From IMG/VR virus record IMGVR_UViG_3300029258_004006: a stretch of DNA of 64,000 nt; one strand, given 5' to 3'. Of the stretch, positions 9,545 to 18,057 are shown one piece after another; the stretch's first letter is position 1, and each line of letters begins with the position of its first letter. The notes beneath the pieces are model-generated. The model searched no databases. It was not told the DNA's origin and saw only the letters and a list, made by a program, of their open reading frames with translations. The stretch comes from a virus. The position numbers were made by a program, and so were the translations under genes.

Positions 9545-9969
9545 AATTTTCTTCCAATTTGAAGGTTAGCCTGTCGATCTAGGATAGCCTGGATAAACCG
9601 AACATAGCTGGTTTCTCCAGCCGCCCTGGATTGTTCCTTCAACTTGAGGATTGTTCCAGGAGATAGGTTCAAACGAACTTGTTTCGTCTCGACCTCATCT
9701 GGTTCAATTATCTTATCAGCGATCGTCCGGGCCAAACTGAAACACAGTTGATATTTGGGTGATCCTGGCATCCATTTGGTACTGACCAGGGAAGAAGCGG
9801 CTCCAGAATTGCTGATCAATTTTAAAGCCACGGCATGAATCAACCGATGACAATTGGGGCAAATATCGGTTAGATTGTGTTGCTCATCGGATCCCCCAAA
9901 AGCCTGGGGGATCTTGTGATGTTCTTCACCAACCGGACAAAGTTCGGTACAGAGACCGCACCGAATCAT
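9541..9969 (-). CDS. HNH endonuclease
   Basis: HHKIPQAFGGSDEQHNLTDICPNCHRLIH with flanking Cys pairs. ATG 9969 overlaps the upstream TGA (TGATG), so I shortened the track ORF. Confidence 0.75.
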   Translation of the reverse strand: MIRCGLCTELCPVGEEHHKIPQAFGGSDEQHNLTDICPNCHRLIHAVALKLISNSGAASSLVSTKWMPGSPKYQLCFSLARTIADKIIEPDEVETKQVRLNLSPGTILKLKEQSRAAGETSYVRFIQAILDRQANLQIGRKL

Positions 9970-10226
9970 CAGACGATAACTAGTTGACGCGACAGGATGG
10001 CGTCTTTTAGTTTCTTGTTGCCTTTGAGGACACCGCCTGGGGCTTTCTTGCACAAATCTACAGATTGACCGGATTGAATTATGATCCGGGTCTTCTTAAA
10101 TTCACCACCTTTTTTATGGTCAATGAACTCAACCGGGATAGAAATCTCACCAGCTACGGTACTACGAACGGTGCAAGCACCAGCGTTCAACTTCTCAACT
10201 AATTTGCCAAACATTGAAGTTGCCAA
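9969..10226 (-). CDS. hypothetical protein
   Basis: 85-aa ORF between the tape measure and HNH genes. Confidence 0.5.
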   Translation of the reverse strand: MATSMFGKLVEKLNAGACTVRSTVAGEISIPVEFIDHKKGGEFKKTRIIIQSGQSVDLCKKAPGGVLKGNKKLKDAILSRQLVIV

Positions 10227-10237
10227 GGTACATCTCC

Positions 10238-13200
10238 TTATATACGAGTCTTCTTGGAATTCTGCTGAATAAAGTCGTTAGTTTTACTTAGAGTGTGTGG
10301 GAAATTCTTGACCTTAATGACCAATTTTCCGTTCTCAAACGTGGCTTCTCCATCCACACCTTCTCCTCCTCTTTGTACTGATCCAGCGGAGGTTTCTTTA
10401 GGAGGTATGTACATTGTTGGAGGTTGATTATACGTGGTGGCTTCTCCGAATGGCCTGTCAGGCTTAATACTCGGATTAGGTGCCAAGGGTGACCCCGACA
10501 ATGCTCTAGCTCGTAATAGATAAGCCTGGCTTTCCTCTCTGGCTTTTTCCAGATTCTCCTTGACTTTGCGAACCCATTCACTGTCCTTATTTTCATCCCC
10601 TTCCAATTCACCGAGAAGCTTTCTTTTTCTCTCGGCTATGGCTTCACGTTCTTTGGCATTGAGAGTATTGACATTCTCATCGGCCTTCATGTAACGTTCT
10701 TCCGCAGTCTGGGATTTTTCGGCTTGTTCTTGTAAACCTTGCAATCGATCAAACTGCTCAGAACGGAATTGCTGCTCATTAGCTAACAGCGATTGAGCCT
10801 TGTCCTCGCCAAACACGGTAGCAAAATATTTCTTGACTATCTCCGGATCAGCCCCTTCAGCCAACATCCCTAGGGCTTCATCGGTCATCCTAACCAATTC
10901 CTGCTGTTGCTTGAGTTCCTTTTCGGCTATCGCTTTCTTTTCCTTAGACTCAGTTATGCGAGTTGTTAATTCCTTAGCAGTAGCCACCCCAGCGTTTTTG
11001 AGCAGTTCCAATCGCTTTCTTTCGAAATCTCTCCTGATTCCGAAAGTAGCCTCATAGATCAAACTCTCTTCGGCTTCACCCAAGGCACGTTCACGCGTAT
11101 CCTCTATTCGACGCTGTTCTCTATCTGCCTTCTTTTGAACCCCGGCTGCTTGACGACGACCCATTATGAGTTTCTGACCTTTTTCATACGCGGCTTTACG
11201 ACCTAGAAGAGCATGCACCTCTCCGGTTTCAGCTATTAACAGGGAACCCTTGGAGGTATACTCATTGATAGTCTGAATGGATTGCAATTTTTTCTGAAGT
11301 TCTTCATCGGTCAGTTCGGCTTCTTTCTTTCCTTTCAACGCCCCCAGTGTTCGGAAAGCAGTTTGTAGCATCAGCATTTTGTCATCAAGTTCGGTTACTT
11401 CTCTAAGGCCTTCATCAGTCCTAACCGTTTTAGAAAGGCCCCTTTGTTGTAACAGAATTCCAAATTGATCGGCTGACATCCGAGCGGATTCCTGTACCAA
11501 ATCTTGGATGTCTTGATTATATTTTTCGATTTCTCGCTTGGCTGTAGTTTTTCTACTACCATACGAATCCCCCTGCCAATCCTCCATAGCCGATTTACCC
11601 AATCCTGTGATAGATCCCTTATCCAGATACAAGTGTTCAAATTGGGCGGCTAATTCCAAACGTCGAGCGGCTGCTAGGGTTTCCTCTGCCAAAGCTGAAT
11701 TACCAGCTTCTGCGGCTGCACGAAGTGAAGTGGAAAGGTCCATCAATTTCTGCTGAGTAATGGTAGTCTGTTCATTGGTTGCTATTTGAGCGGTAATTTT
11801 CTTTTGCTCATTTTCCAGATATTGACGAGTTAGATCGTCGTTGTACCCGGCCAAACGTTGAGATACTTCGGCTTCTCTTATACGAAGCCGGGCCAAATCA
11901 CGTTGGGCTTTTTTGGATTTCTCTACGGCTTTGAGTTCAATCAAATCCGCTTCGGTTCGCATATTTTCTAGTTTAGCAGCTCGTTTGGGATCAGCCATGA
12001 CATCCATAAATGCATCAGCGGCTGAGCCTCCCATTTTATGCCCCAATGCACCCCCACCAAAACCACCGATAATTCCACCGACCACACCACCAATAGCTGT
12101 TCCAATGATGGGGACCACCGATCCTACAGCAGCCCCGGCCATAGCTCCAGTAGCCATTCCACCCATTCCGCCAATAACCCCACCTGCTGCACCCCCTACA
12201 CCACGAGCAGCTCCACCATATTGAGCGGTTGCTAATTCGGTCAACCCTGCGGTAGCCTCTTTCTTCTGATCTTGTAGAGTTCGCAAGAGTGCCAGATTAC
12301 CATCGGCCTTGGCTTGTTCGATATCCAGATTGAGTTGAGAAACTTCTCTCTGCTTGATGGTGATTTGTTCGGTATCACTCAAAGCATCGATCACACCTTT
12401 AGTGGCTACGCCCATTTCCACTAGTCCCAATGCAAGTCCAATTGGTCCTAGAGCTTTACCGGCCCCTTTCAAGCCCACGGCGGCTCCACCTTGTAGTGCT
12501 CCAGCACCAGCTTTAGTCGCTTGTAAAGCTTTACCAGGTATCTGACCAGCGCCACGAATACGCGAGCCCCAACGAGCAGCAAAACCACCAGTTTTTGTTG
12601 CGGCTCCTGTTGCAGCGGCTCCCCCACCTCGACCACCAAGTTTACCTGCTAGACCCGGTATCCCACCGGCTTTTTGCAACAAAGCAGTCCCGGCCACAGT
12701 GGCAATTAGAGCATACAGTATACCCGTATGGCTCTTTAGTTCCTCCCAAATGGATTCCAGGTACATACCTGGTTTGGCTCGTCGGAGAATATCCGCGACT
12801 TCCTCCATAGGCTCAATAACTTCTTCACGAGCCTCATCTCCCAGCAAACCCATGTCCTTGATGTGTTTTGTGAAATCCTCCCGGCCGTACTCAGCTACTT
12901 TGGCCAGCTCTAAAGCGGTTTCTTCAGTACCACCAATCATGGCTTTGATAGCCCGGACATTACTTTGCTGGGCGAATCCAAAGATTTCATCCAGCCACGT
13001 TCTATTTTCACCCATCAATTGTTGTTGGGTCTTTTGATTCTTGCGAACTAGATCAAAATTAGCCTGACTGATCGTGTACATGTCTGCACGACCTTCCTTC
13101 ATCAGGCCAGTTTGCATAGCCAACTGTTTAGCGACTATCAATTGCTGATTATATTCTTCAGTACCAGCCTTTAACCCAGCGGTAAGTTTGGTAACCAACA

Positions 13201-14605
13201 CAGATTCAATTTCTGTACGATCAGTCAAACCACTCGTAATCTGGTTAATTTCCCTTTGCATCTGTAAGGCATACCGAATGCCCATAGGCATTTCTTTAGC
13301 AGAATCTCCCAGTAACATTTCGGTCAGATCACGAGCACGTTTAAGAGCTGTCTCCTGGCTATACCCGAATTCCTTTAGTTGACCAGTAAAACCAGTAAAG
13401 ATACGAGAAACGGTCTGAGTGCTAGAACCAAAATCACCCATCGTTTGAACGAGATCAAACAATACCTTATTGACAGCATCGATCTCCATGCGTCTAACAC
13501 CCGTCTCCTGTAGACGGTCGTTCATTTGAGTCACAGAGTTAGATATAGCAAATAGATTACGAGAAGCATCGGTAGCTGACATCCCAACAGTGTTTTTGAG
13601 ATGCGCTAATAGATCCACCATCGTATCTGTCTCGGTTTGGAACGTCCGAGACAGTAAGATTACGTCTTCAGTCAAGCTTCTCAGTTCTGATCGTGTTGCT
13701 GGAATGATCTTATCCCACACACTCTTTTGAATCTCGGAAACCTTATCGAACTCCATTCCCCAAGTTCGCGTTAGTTCAGCGGCATCAGCCCGGAGTTTAT
13801 CGGTTCGACCAAACACTCCAGATGACATATCATAAAAATCAGCAGTGGCCTCTCGGAGGCGGGTGGCTGCTGCTTCAGGGTCACTAAATTCTTGACCGCT
13901 AATGCCGAACGCCATGGCTCCCCCAATTCCAAATTCGGCTGCCTTGCCACGGGTCTCCAGAGCGGTACTAATAGCTCCGGCTACAGTCATAACCTGCAAC
14001 AGGGGTCCTGTTAGCTCTCGGAGGTAAGAACCAATTTCTTGGGAAGCGCGTCCACCACCCCCACCACCATATCCCCCACCACCACTGTCGTAATCATCTC
14101 CCCCGCCACCAGCACCCCCTGCACCTGCCCCAGCACCTATACCCTCAACAAATCGACCTTTAGTGTCACGACTCCGAGAAGACAGATCCTCACGTCGTAA
14201 ACGTTTGCGAAGTTTGTGCTCATCCATCATAGTATTGATGATGGAACCACGGGCTCGAATTTCTTTCCCTGTTGAGTCTACTTGCCTCTGCTGAATTTTG
14301 ATCCCGGCCTGATCCAGTCTCATAGACCGGAATCCTAATGCCAAGGCAGTACGCCCCATCATCAGACGGGTTTGATCTAGTTTTCTCCCAGCTTCTCCAT
14401 ATTGAGCCGCTGTAGCTGACATTTGGTCAAAGGCAGCAGAGACCCCCATGGTTCGGCTAGAAAGGAGATCTAGATTATTCCATAGCTGATCAACCGCCGT
14501 TCCTGGGGCTCCTCCGGGATCAACTGAATAACGAGTTGCACCGGGTACATCCCCACCACCAGACGGGGTATTCGGTAATTCAGGTTCTTTGGGGTGCATT
14601 GGCAA
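10238..14605 (-). CDS. tail tape measure protein
   Basis: 1455 aa. Long Ala/Glu/Lys/Gln-rich coiled-coil-like stretches. Central Gly-rich hydrophobic segments (GGVIGGMGGMATGAMAGAAVGSVVPIIGTAIGGVVGGIIGGFGGG). Sits in the tail module. Confidence 0.8.
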   Translation of the reverse strand: MPMHPKEPELPNTPSGGGDVPGATRYSVDPGGAPGTAVDQLWNNLDLLSSRTMGVSAAFDQMSATAAQYGEAGRKLDQTRLMMGRTALALGFRSMRLDQAGIKIQQRQVDSTGKEIRARGSIINTMMDEHKLRKRLRREDLSSRSRDTKGRFVEGIGAGAGAGGAGGGGDDYDSGGGGYGGGGGGRASQEIGSYLRELTGPLLQVMTVAGAISTALETRGKAAEFGIGGAMAFGISGQEFSDPEAAATRLREATADFYDMSSGVFGRTDKLRADAAELTRTWGMEFDKVSEIQKSVWDKIIPATRSELRSLTEDVILLSRTFQTETDTMVDLLAHLKNTVGMSATDASRNLFAISNSVTQMNDRLQETGVRRMEIDAVNKVLFDLVQTMGDFGSSTQTVSRIFTGFTGQLKEFGYSQETALKRARDLTEMLLGDSAKEMPMGIRYALQMQREINQITSGLTDRTEIESVLVTKLTAGLKAGTEEYNQQLIVAKQLAMQTGLMKEGRADMYTISQANFDLVRKNQKTQQQLMGENRTWLDEIFGFAQQSNVRAIKAMIGGTEETALELAKVAEYGREDFTKHIKDMGLLGDEAREEVIEPMEEVADILRRAKPGMYLESIWEELKSHTGILYALIATVAGTALLQKAGGIPGLAGKLGGRGGGAAATGAATKTGGFAARWGSRIRGAGQIPGKALQATKAGAGALQGGAAVGLKGAGKALGPIGLALGLVEMGVATKGVIDALSDTEQITIKQREVSQLNLDIEQAKADGNLALLRTLQDQKKEATAGLTELATAQYGGAARGVGGAAGGVIGGMGGMATGAMAGAAVGSVVPIIGTAIGGVVGGIIGGFGGGALGHKMGGSAADAFMDVMADPKRAAKLENMRTEADLIELKAVEKSKKAQRDLARLRIREAEVSQRLAGYNDDLTRQYLENEQKKITAQIATNEQTTITQQKLMDLSTSLRAAAEAGNSALAEETLAAARRLELAAQFEHLYLDKGSITGLGKSAMEDWQGDSYGSRKTTAKREIEKYNQDIQDLVQESARMSADQFGILLQQRGLSKTVRTDEGLREVTELDDKMLMLQTAFRTLGALKGKKEAELTDEELQKKLQSIQTINEYTSKGSLLIAETGEVHALLGRKAAYEKGQKLIMGRRQAAGVQKKADREQRRIEDTRERALGEAEESLIYEATFGIRRDFERKRLELLKNAGVATAKELTTRITESKEKKAIAEKELKQQQELVRMTDEALGMLAEGADPEIVKKYFATVFGEDKAQSLLANEQQFRSEQFDRLQGLQEQAEKSQTAEERYMKADENVNTLNAKEREAIAERKRKLLGELEGDENKDSEWVRKVKENLEKAREESQAYLLRARALSGSPLAPNPSIKPDRPFGEATTYNQPPTMYIPPKETSAGSVQRGGEGVDGEATFENGKLVIKVKNFPHTLSKTNDFIQQNSKKTRI

Positions 14606-15551
14606 TTAAATCCGCTTTATTGGCTCGACCATCAGCATCAAAAGACTTTTGTGTGGTAGCCTGATCTTGTGGTGTCCCGACTGGAACCGATTGCATAATT
14701 TGCACGAAGGTGCGTTTATCCAAGTTCCAGAGTTCTACCAAACCAGGCTTATCTGAACCACGGTACATTTGGTGTTCACTAACTGTGTGAGCTTGTTCAA
14801 CTGTCAAGGTACGATCCTGAGTAGCCTTCACTACCTCGGCTTGTTCTCGAACTTCAGGATCTTGAGAAAGAGAGGCTTGTTTGACAGCTACTTGCTGATC
14901 TAACTGTCTTTGTTCTTTGGCTTCCGCGATCTTAGGAGCTAGTGAACGTTTGATTTCCTTCAGAATGCGGGGCTCAATAACTTGTGCCAGAGGAACTCTG
15001 ATTTCACTAGTAGATTCAACGATATTGGCTCCCTCACTAGCGGCTAGATCATCAGCACTCCACAATACTCCAAGAGATTTTTCTAACCGCTCCATTTGCT
15101 GAGCACTTTGATAACTCTGGAAGATAGAGCGAAGTCGGTTGGTTAGATAGTTGACTCGGACTGGATCTCCTAGACCAGCAAAACTTTTGCTGATCTTCCA
15201 AGCCGAATCCAGTATCTGTTCATAGTCAGGTAAAGGAAACACTTGGAGCAGAGCCAACGAAATGCCTGTTACCAATGCATAGGGAACCTGATAGTACGAA
15301 TTAGCCAGGTCCAAAAAACTTTGCGGACCGGTTACGATTTCTGGCCCAATGGAATAAGTTAGAGCGCTACAAACAGCACACTCTCTATCAGGGGCGGAGT
15401 AAAACAGATCAGAGTAGGTGGAAAACCGATCAAAAGTCCATTCCGTGAAAACTATGCCCTTCCAATTCCAACGACGGGGGTTAATGCCCCCAAATTCCAA
15501 GAGAACTTGTCGTTGGAGAGCCTCAGTAGTAGTGGTAGGGGCGGTGGTCAC
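14580..15551 (-). CDS. hypothetical protein upstream of the tape measure
   Basis: 323-aa ORF with a GTG start overlapping the upstream TGA (GTGA). Position is compatible with a tail assembly protein, but no motif supports it. Confidence 0.6.
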   Translation of the reverse strand: MTTAPTTTTEALQRQVLLEFGGINPRRWNWKGIVFTEWTFDRFSTYSDLFYSAPDRECAVCSALTYSIGPEIVTGPQSFLDLANSYYQVPYALVTGISLALLQVFPLPDYEQILDSAWKISKSFAGLGDPVRVNYLTNRLRSIFQSYQSAQQMERLEKSLGVLWSADDLAASEGANIVESTSEIRVPLAQVIEPRILKEIKRSLAPKIAEAKEQRQLDQQVAVKQASLSQDPEVREQAEVVKATQDRTLTVEQAHTVSEHQMYRGSDKPGLVELWNLDKRTFVQIMQSVPVGTPQDQATTQKSFDADGRANKADLIANAPQRT

Positions 15552-16192
15552 AGGTTACCACGTTGTAGAATTTCTTTCTGGCTAGCTACTTGAGCCGAGT
15601 GATCTTCAGGATGTTGGGATGGTGGTGTTTGGTCACTCGCCTCGCTCAGTTGAGCCTTAACTTCCTCTCGTGTAGCATCCTCTTCTGTCGGTTGAGCGGG
15701 TGCTGCGGCGGCGGCTTCAGATTCTACTTTCGTTTGCAGAGAGTCTAAAAACTGCGTATCCATGAAGGTCTTATGACCATCCATCATCATGTTGTAGGCT
15801 GCAACTACTACATCGACGGGAAGTTGATCAACCACGTCCAGTAGATTATTAGCGATGACATGACGAAGGTTGGTATGCCAGACCCAAAAGTCCAGTTTGG
15901 TATAATCACCCGGATAGCCAAGTTCGACGGGATCGATATCCAATTCATCAAATATCAAAACCGGTTCTTCATCGCGAAGACGAACCTGATAAGTAGCCAT
16001 GGCTAAAGTTCTACGGGCGGCTGATTGGATTTGACTCATCCGGCTGGTACCATCCACACCAGCAGCCACCCAACGAGCAGGCTCTCCACTGAGAGGGTAG
16101 CAGTTGAAGAAATACCCCGGTAAAATTTCTACCCATACGAAAGCTGCTTCACCGTTGAGTCGGTTTACTAGATCATCTAGTATGCGTGGCAC
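15548..16192 (-). CDS. hypothetical protein
   Basis: 214-aa ORF with an acidic C-terminal third. Confidence 0.6.
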   Translation of the reverse strand: MPRILDDLVNRLNGEAAFVWVEILPGYFFNCYPLSGEPARWVAAGVDGTSRMSQIQSAARRTLAMATYQVRLRDEEPVLIFDELDIDPVELGYPGDYTKLDFWVWHTNLRHVIANNLLDVVDQLPVDVVVAAYNMMMDGHKTFMDTQFLDSLQTKVESEAAAAAPAQPTEEDATREEVKAQLSEASDQTPPSQHPEDHSAQVASQKEILQRGNL

Positions 16193-16210
16193 AACCTTAC
16201 TCCTCTGTGT

Positions 16211-16831
16211 TTACCGGTCTAAAGTTTTGTTGTACTGAGCGACTTCTTTTTTTAGTCTCTCATAATCCTTCCGCGTGTTTTTTACGATTACCTCATCATC
16301 AGCCGTCTTTTGAGATTTTTGCATCCTCCTCAATAGCTGACTCATTCCGTGGACCATCTGATTGATGTCTTCTAGCACCTCAGGAGATGGTCCCTTGGCC
16401 TTTTTCTTGGCCTTTTTACCCTTCTTGGCTACCTGGGGCTTACTCTTGGTCTTCCTAGCCTTCCTGGGGGTTTTCTTGACCTTCTTTTTGACCTTTTTCT
16501 TGGCTGCTGCCAAAGCAAAAGATTCGACATCAGTGATAGCGGTGGCGCCCGGAGAGGGGCCGAAAAGCTGCCAAGGAGCCCGCTTTCGCTTCTTGGCGAA
16601 ACGAACCACCTCAGCCAAAAACTGCTTCATGCGGTCACCGGATAGTTTCCGCGTAACCGGGTCACCCTCAGATCGTTGGAGGGTGACCCGGACAGAATGG
16701 GGATCGAGAGTCTGGATTAGACAGGAATTCTTTTGATCCCCAAATAAGACTCGTTGATTAGAACTTCTAACCCAGTAGTAACTCATAGCAATCTCTATCA
16801 AACATGTTCTTCTAGTCAGCGATAAGACCAC
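16211..16831 (-). CDS. hypothetical Lys-rich protein
   Basis: Contains KKKVKKKVKKTPRKARKTKSKPQVAKKGKKAKKKAKG. Start uncertain (GTG 16831 or ATG 16786). Confidence 0.55.
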   Translation of the reverse strand: MVLSLTRRTCLIEIAMSYYWVRSSNQRVLFGDQKNSCLIQTLDPHSVRVTLQRSEGDPVTRKLSGDRMKQFLAEVVRFAKKRKRAPWQLFGPSPGATAITDVESFALAAAKKKVKKKVKKTPRKARKTKSKPQVAKKGKKAKKKAKGPSPEVLEDINQMVHGMSQLLRRMQKSQKTADDEVIVKNTRKDYERLKKEVAQYNKTLDR

Positions 16832-16858
16832 CTAGTTTACTCACGGTTTTCTCCAATT

Positions 16859-17341
16859 TCAAAAGATGAAAGCGTACCCATCTTGGGCACCCGCAAAATC
16901 AATTTCCAGGGTGTCAGGACCCATAACTCGTATGGCGTTGGGGAACAACAAAGTATCTGCGTTGTCATAGACCGCCACGTCTGCGAACTGCTGGCCCAGA
17001 CCATGTGAAATTGTCCAGGTAGTAGCGGCTGCGCCTTGTATGTGATGATACGTAGGAACGGATGATCCAACGATGTCAATCACAAATACCGTTCCTGCCT
17101 GGGGCGAGGAGAAGGTAGCAACTGAATTGTTGACTGTTAGCACCAACGAATTGGGGTATAGCTCTTGGAATGCCGAATCAAAGAAACGGCAAACCACCTC
17201 TTTACCTAGATGGTGAACGATATTCCATGTGGGCGATGGGGTAGTAAATTCGTATCGCTCCAGGAAGATACCTTCGGCCAGATGATGCTCACCTAATACT
17301 AGGTTGTATCCGGGATAAGTTGTATGAACGCGATTTAGCAC
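16859..17341 (-). CDS. tail-fibre-associated protein with two tandem W-x-I-x-H-x-L-G modules
   Basis: Two ~65-aa modules (TWNIVHHLGKEV...FSSPQAG and TWTISHGLGQQF...FAGAQDG). They are homologous to the C-terminus of the 1007-aa fibre. Confidence 0.6.
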   Translation of the reverse strand: MLNRVHTTYPGYNLVLGEHHLAEGIFLERYEFTTPSPTWNIVHHLGKEVVCRFFDSAFQELYPNSLVLTVNNSVATFSSPQAGTVFVIDIVGSSVPTYHHIQGAAATTWTISHGLGQQFADVAVYDNADTLLFPNAIRVMGPDTLEIDFAGAQDGYAFIF

Positions 17342-17350
17342 GTTGATCTC

Positions 17351-18046
17351 CTAGTCGTAAGGGTCAAATGATACATCATAAGCGTAGAAGCACCAATCGA
17401 CGTTTACCTTTTGGTATAGTAGGTTCTTAAAGGTAACCACAAAACCACAAACGTTGGGGTCGCAGTAAGGCACAACCTCTGATCTGGTTATGGAATCATC
17501 GTCGGTAATTATTACGAGGTCTGCCTCGGTGAAGTTTTGTGGGAACTCATATCCCTCAAACGCCACCCCATACACACCATTTTCTAATTGACCTACTACA
17601 TAGCCATAACCATTGAAGGCGGTTCCGTCGTTATTGACACACCCTAGGGCTACAGCATAAAGGTCTTCGCCATCAGCGCCATCGGTACCATCAGCGCCAT
17701 CTGTTCCATCAGCGCCATCTGTTCCATCAGCGCCATCTGTTCCATCAGCGCCATCTGTTCCATCTGTTCCATCGGTACCATCTGTTCCATCAGCACCATC
17801 AGCACCATCAGCACCATCAGCACCATCAGCACCATCAGCACCAGTTTCACCCTGGGGTCCTGCTTCACCTTGAAGGCCGGGCAGGCCCTGAAGAAGAGGT
17901 GGTCTATTAGCCTCTTGGGCATTATCGATTACTTCACTAATGAATGCGGCAGTTCCGACTCCTAATAGGTCTACACCAGAGACGGGGCATCCCCCGCTAA
18001 GAACCGGAATAAGAACAAGTGCCAATACAATACAATAACGTTTCAT
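17351..18046 (-). CDS. collagen-like repeat lipoprotein
   Basis: Signal peptide and lipobox VLSGG|C. About 30 G-X-Y triplets follow (GLPGLQGEAGPQGETGADGADG...GTDGADGED), then a globular C-terminal domain. Confidence 0.7.
   Translation of the reverse strand: MKRYCIVLALVLIPVLSGGCPVSGVDLLGVGTAAFISEVIDNAQEANRPPLLQGLPGLQGEAGPQGETGADGADGADGADGADGADGTDGTDGTDGTDGADGTDGADGTDGADGTDGADGTDGADGEDLYAVALGCVNNDGTAFNGYGYVVGQLENGVYGVAFEGYEFPQNFTEADLVIITDDDSITRSEVVPYCDPNVCGFVVTFKNLLYQKVNVDWCFYAYDVSFDPYD
17669..17842 (-). repeat. in-frame tandem 9-bp / 18-bp repeats encoding G-[AT]-D collagen-like triplets
   Basis: Plus strand reads catcagcgc / catctgttc / catcggtac / catcagcac units about 19 times. catcagcgccatctgttc occurs x4 and catcagcac x6. 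Confidence 0.85.
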
Positions 18047-18057
18047 TGCGGATTCCT

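Noticed and set aside
12038-12545. Plus-strand Pro/Thr/Ala-rich ORFs inside the tape measure gene.
   Set aside because: They are antisense translations of the Gly/Ala-rich coding region, so they are a compositional artefact.
14580-16192. Programmed -1 frameshift tail-assembly chaperone pair (G/GT-like) upstream of the tape measure.
   Set aside because: The two ORFs are joined by a simple GTGA stop/start overlap. I found no slippery heptamer or extended overlapping frame.
17650-17922. Possible CRISPR array or non-coding satellite at the 9-bp tandem repeats, and the alternative-frame ORF reading MVLMVLMVL.
   Set aside because: The repeats have no spacers and are in frame with a G-X-Y collagen-like coding sequence flanked by a signal peptide and a globular domain. 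The alternative frame is a repeat artefact.
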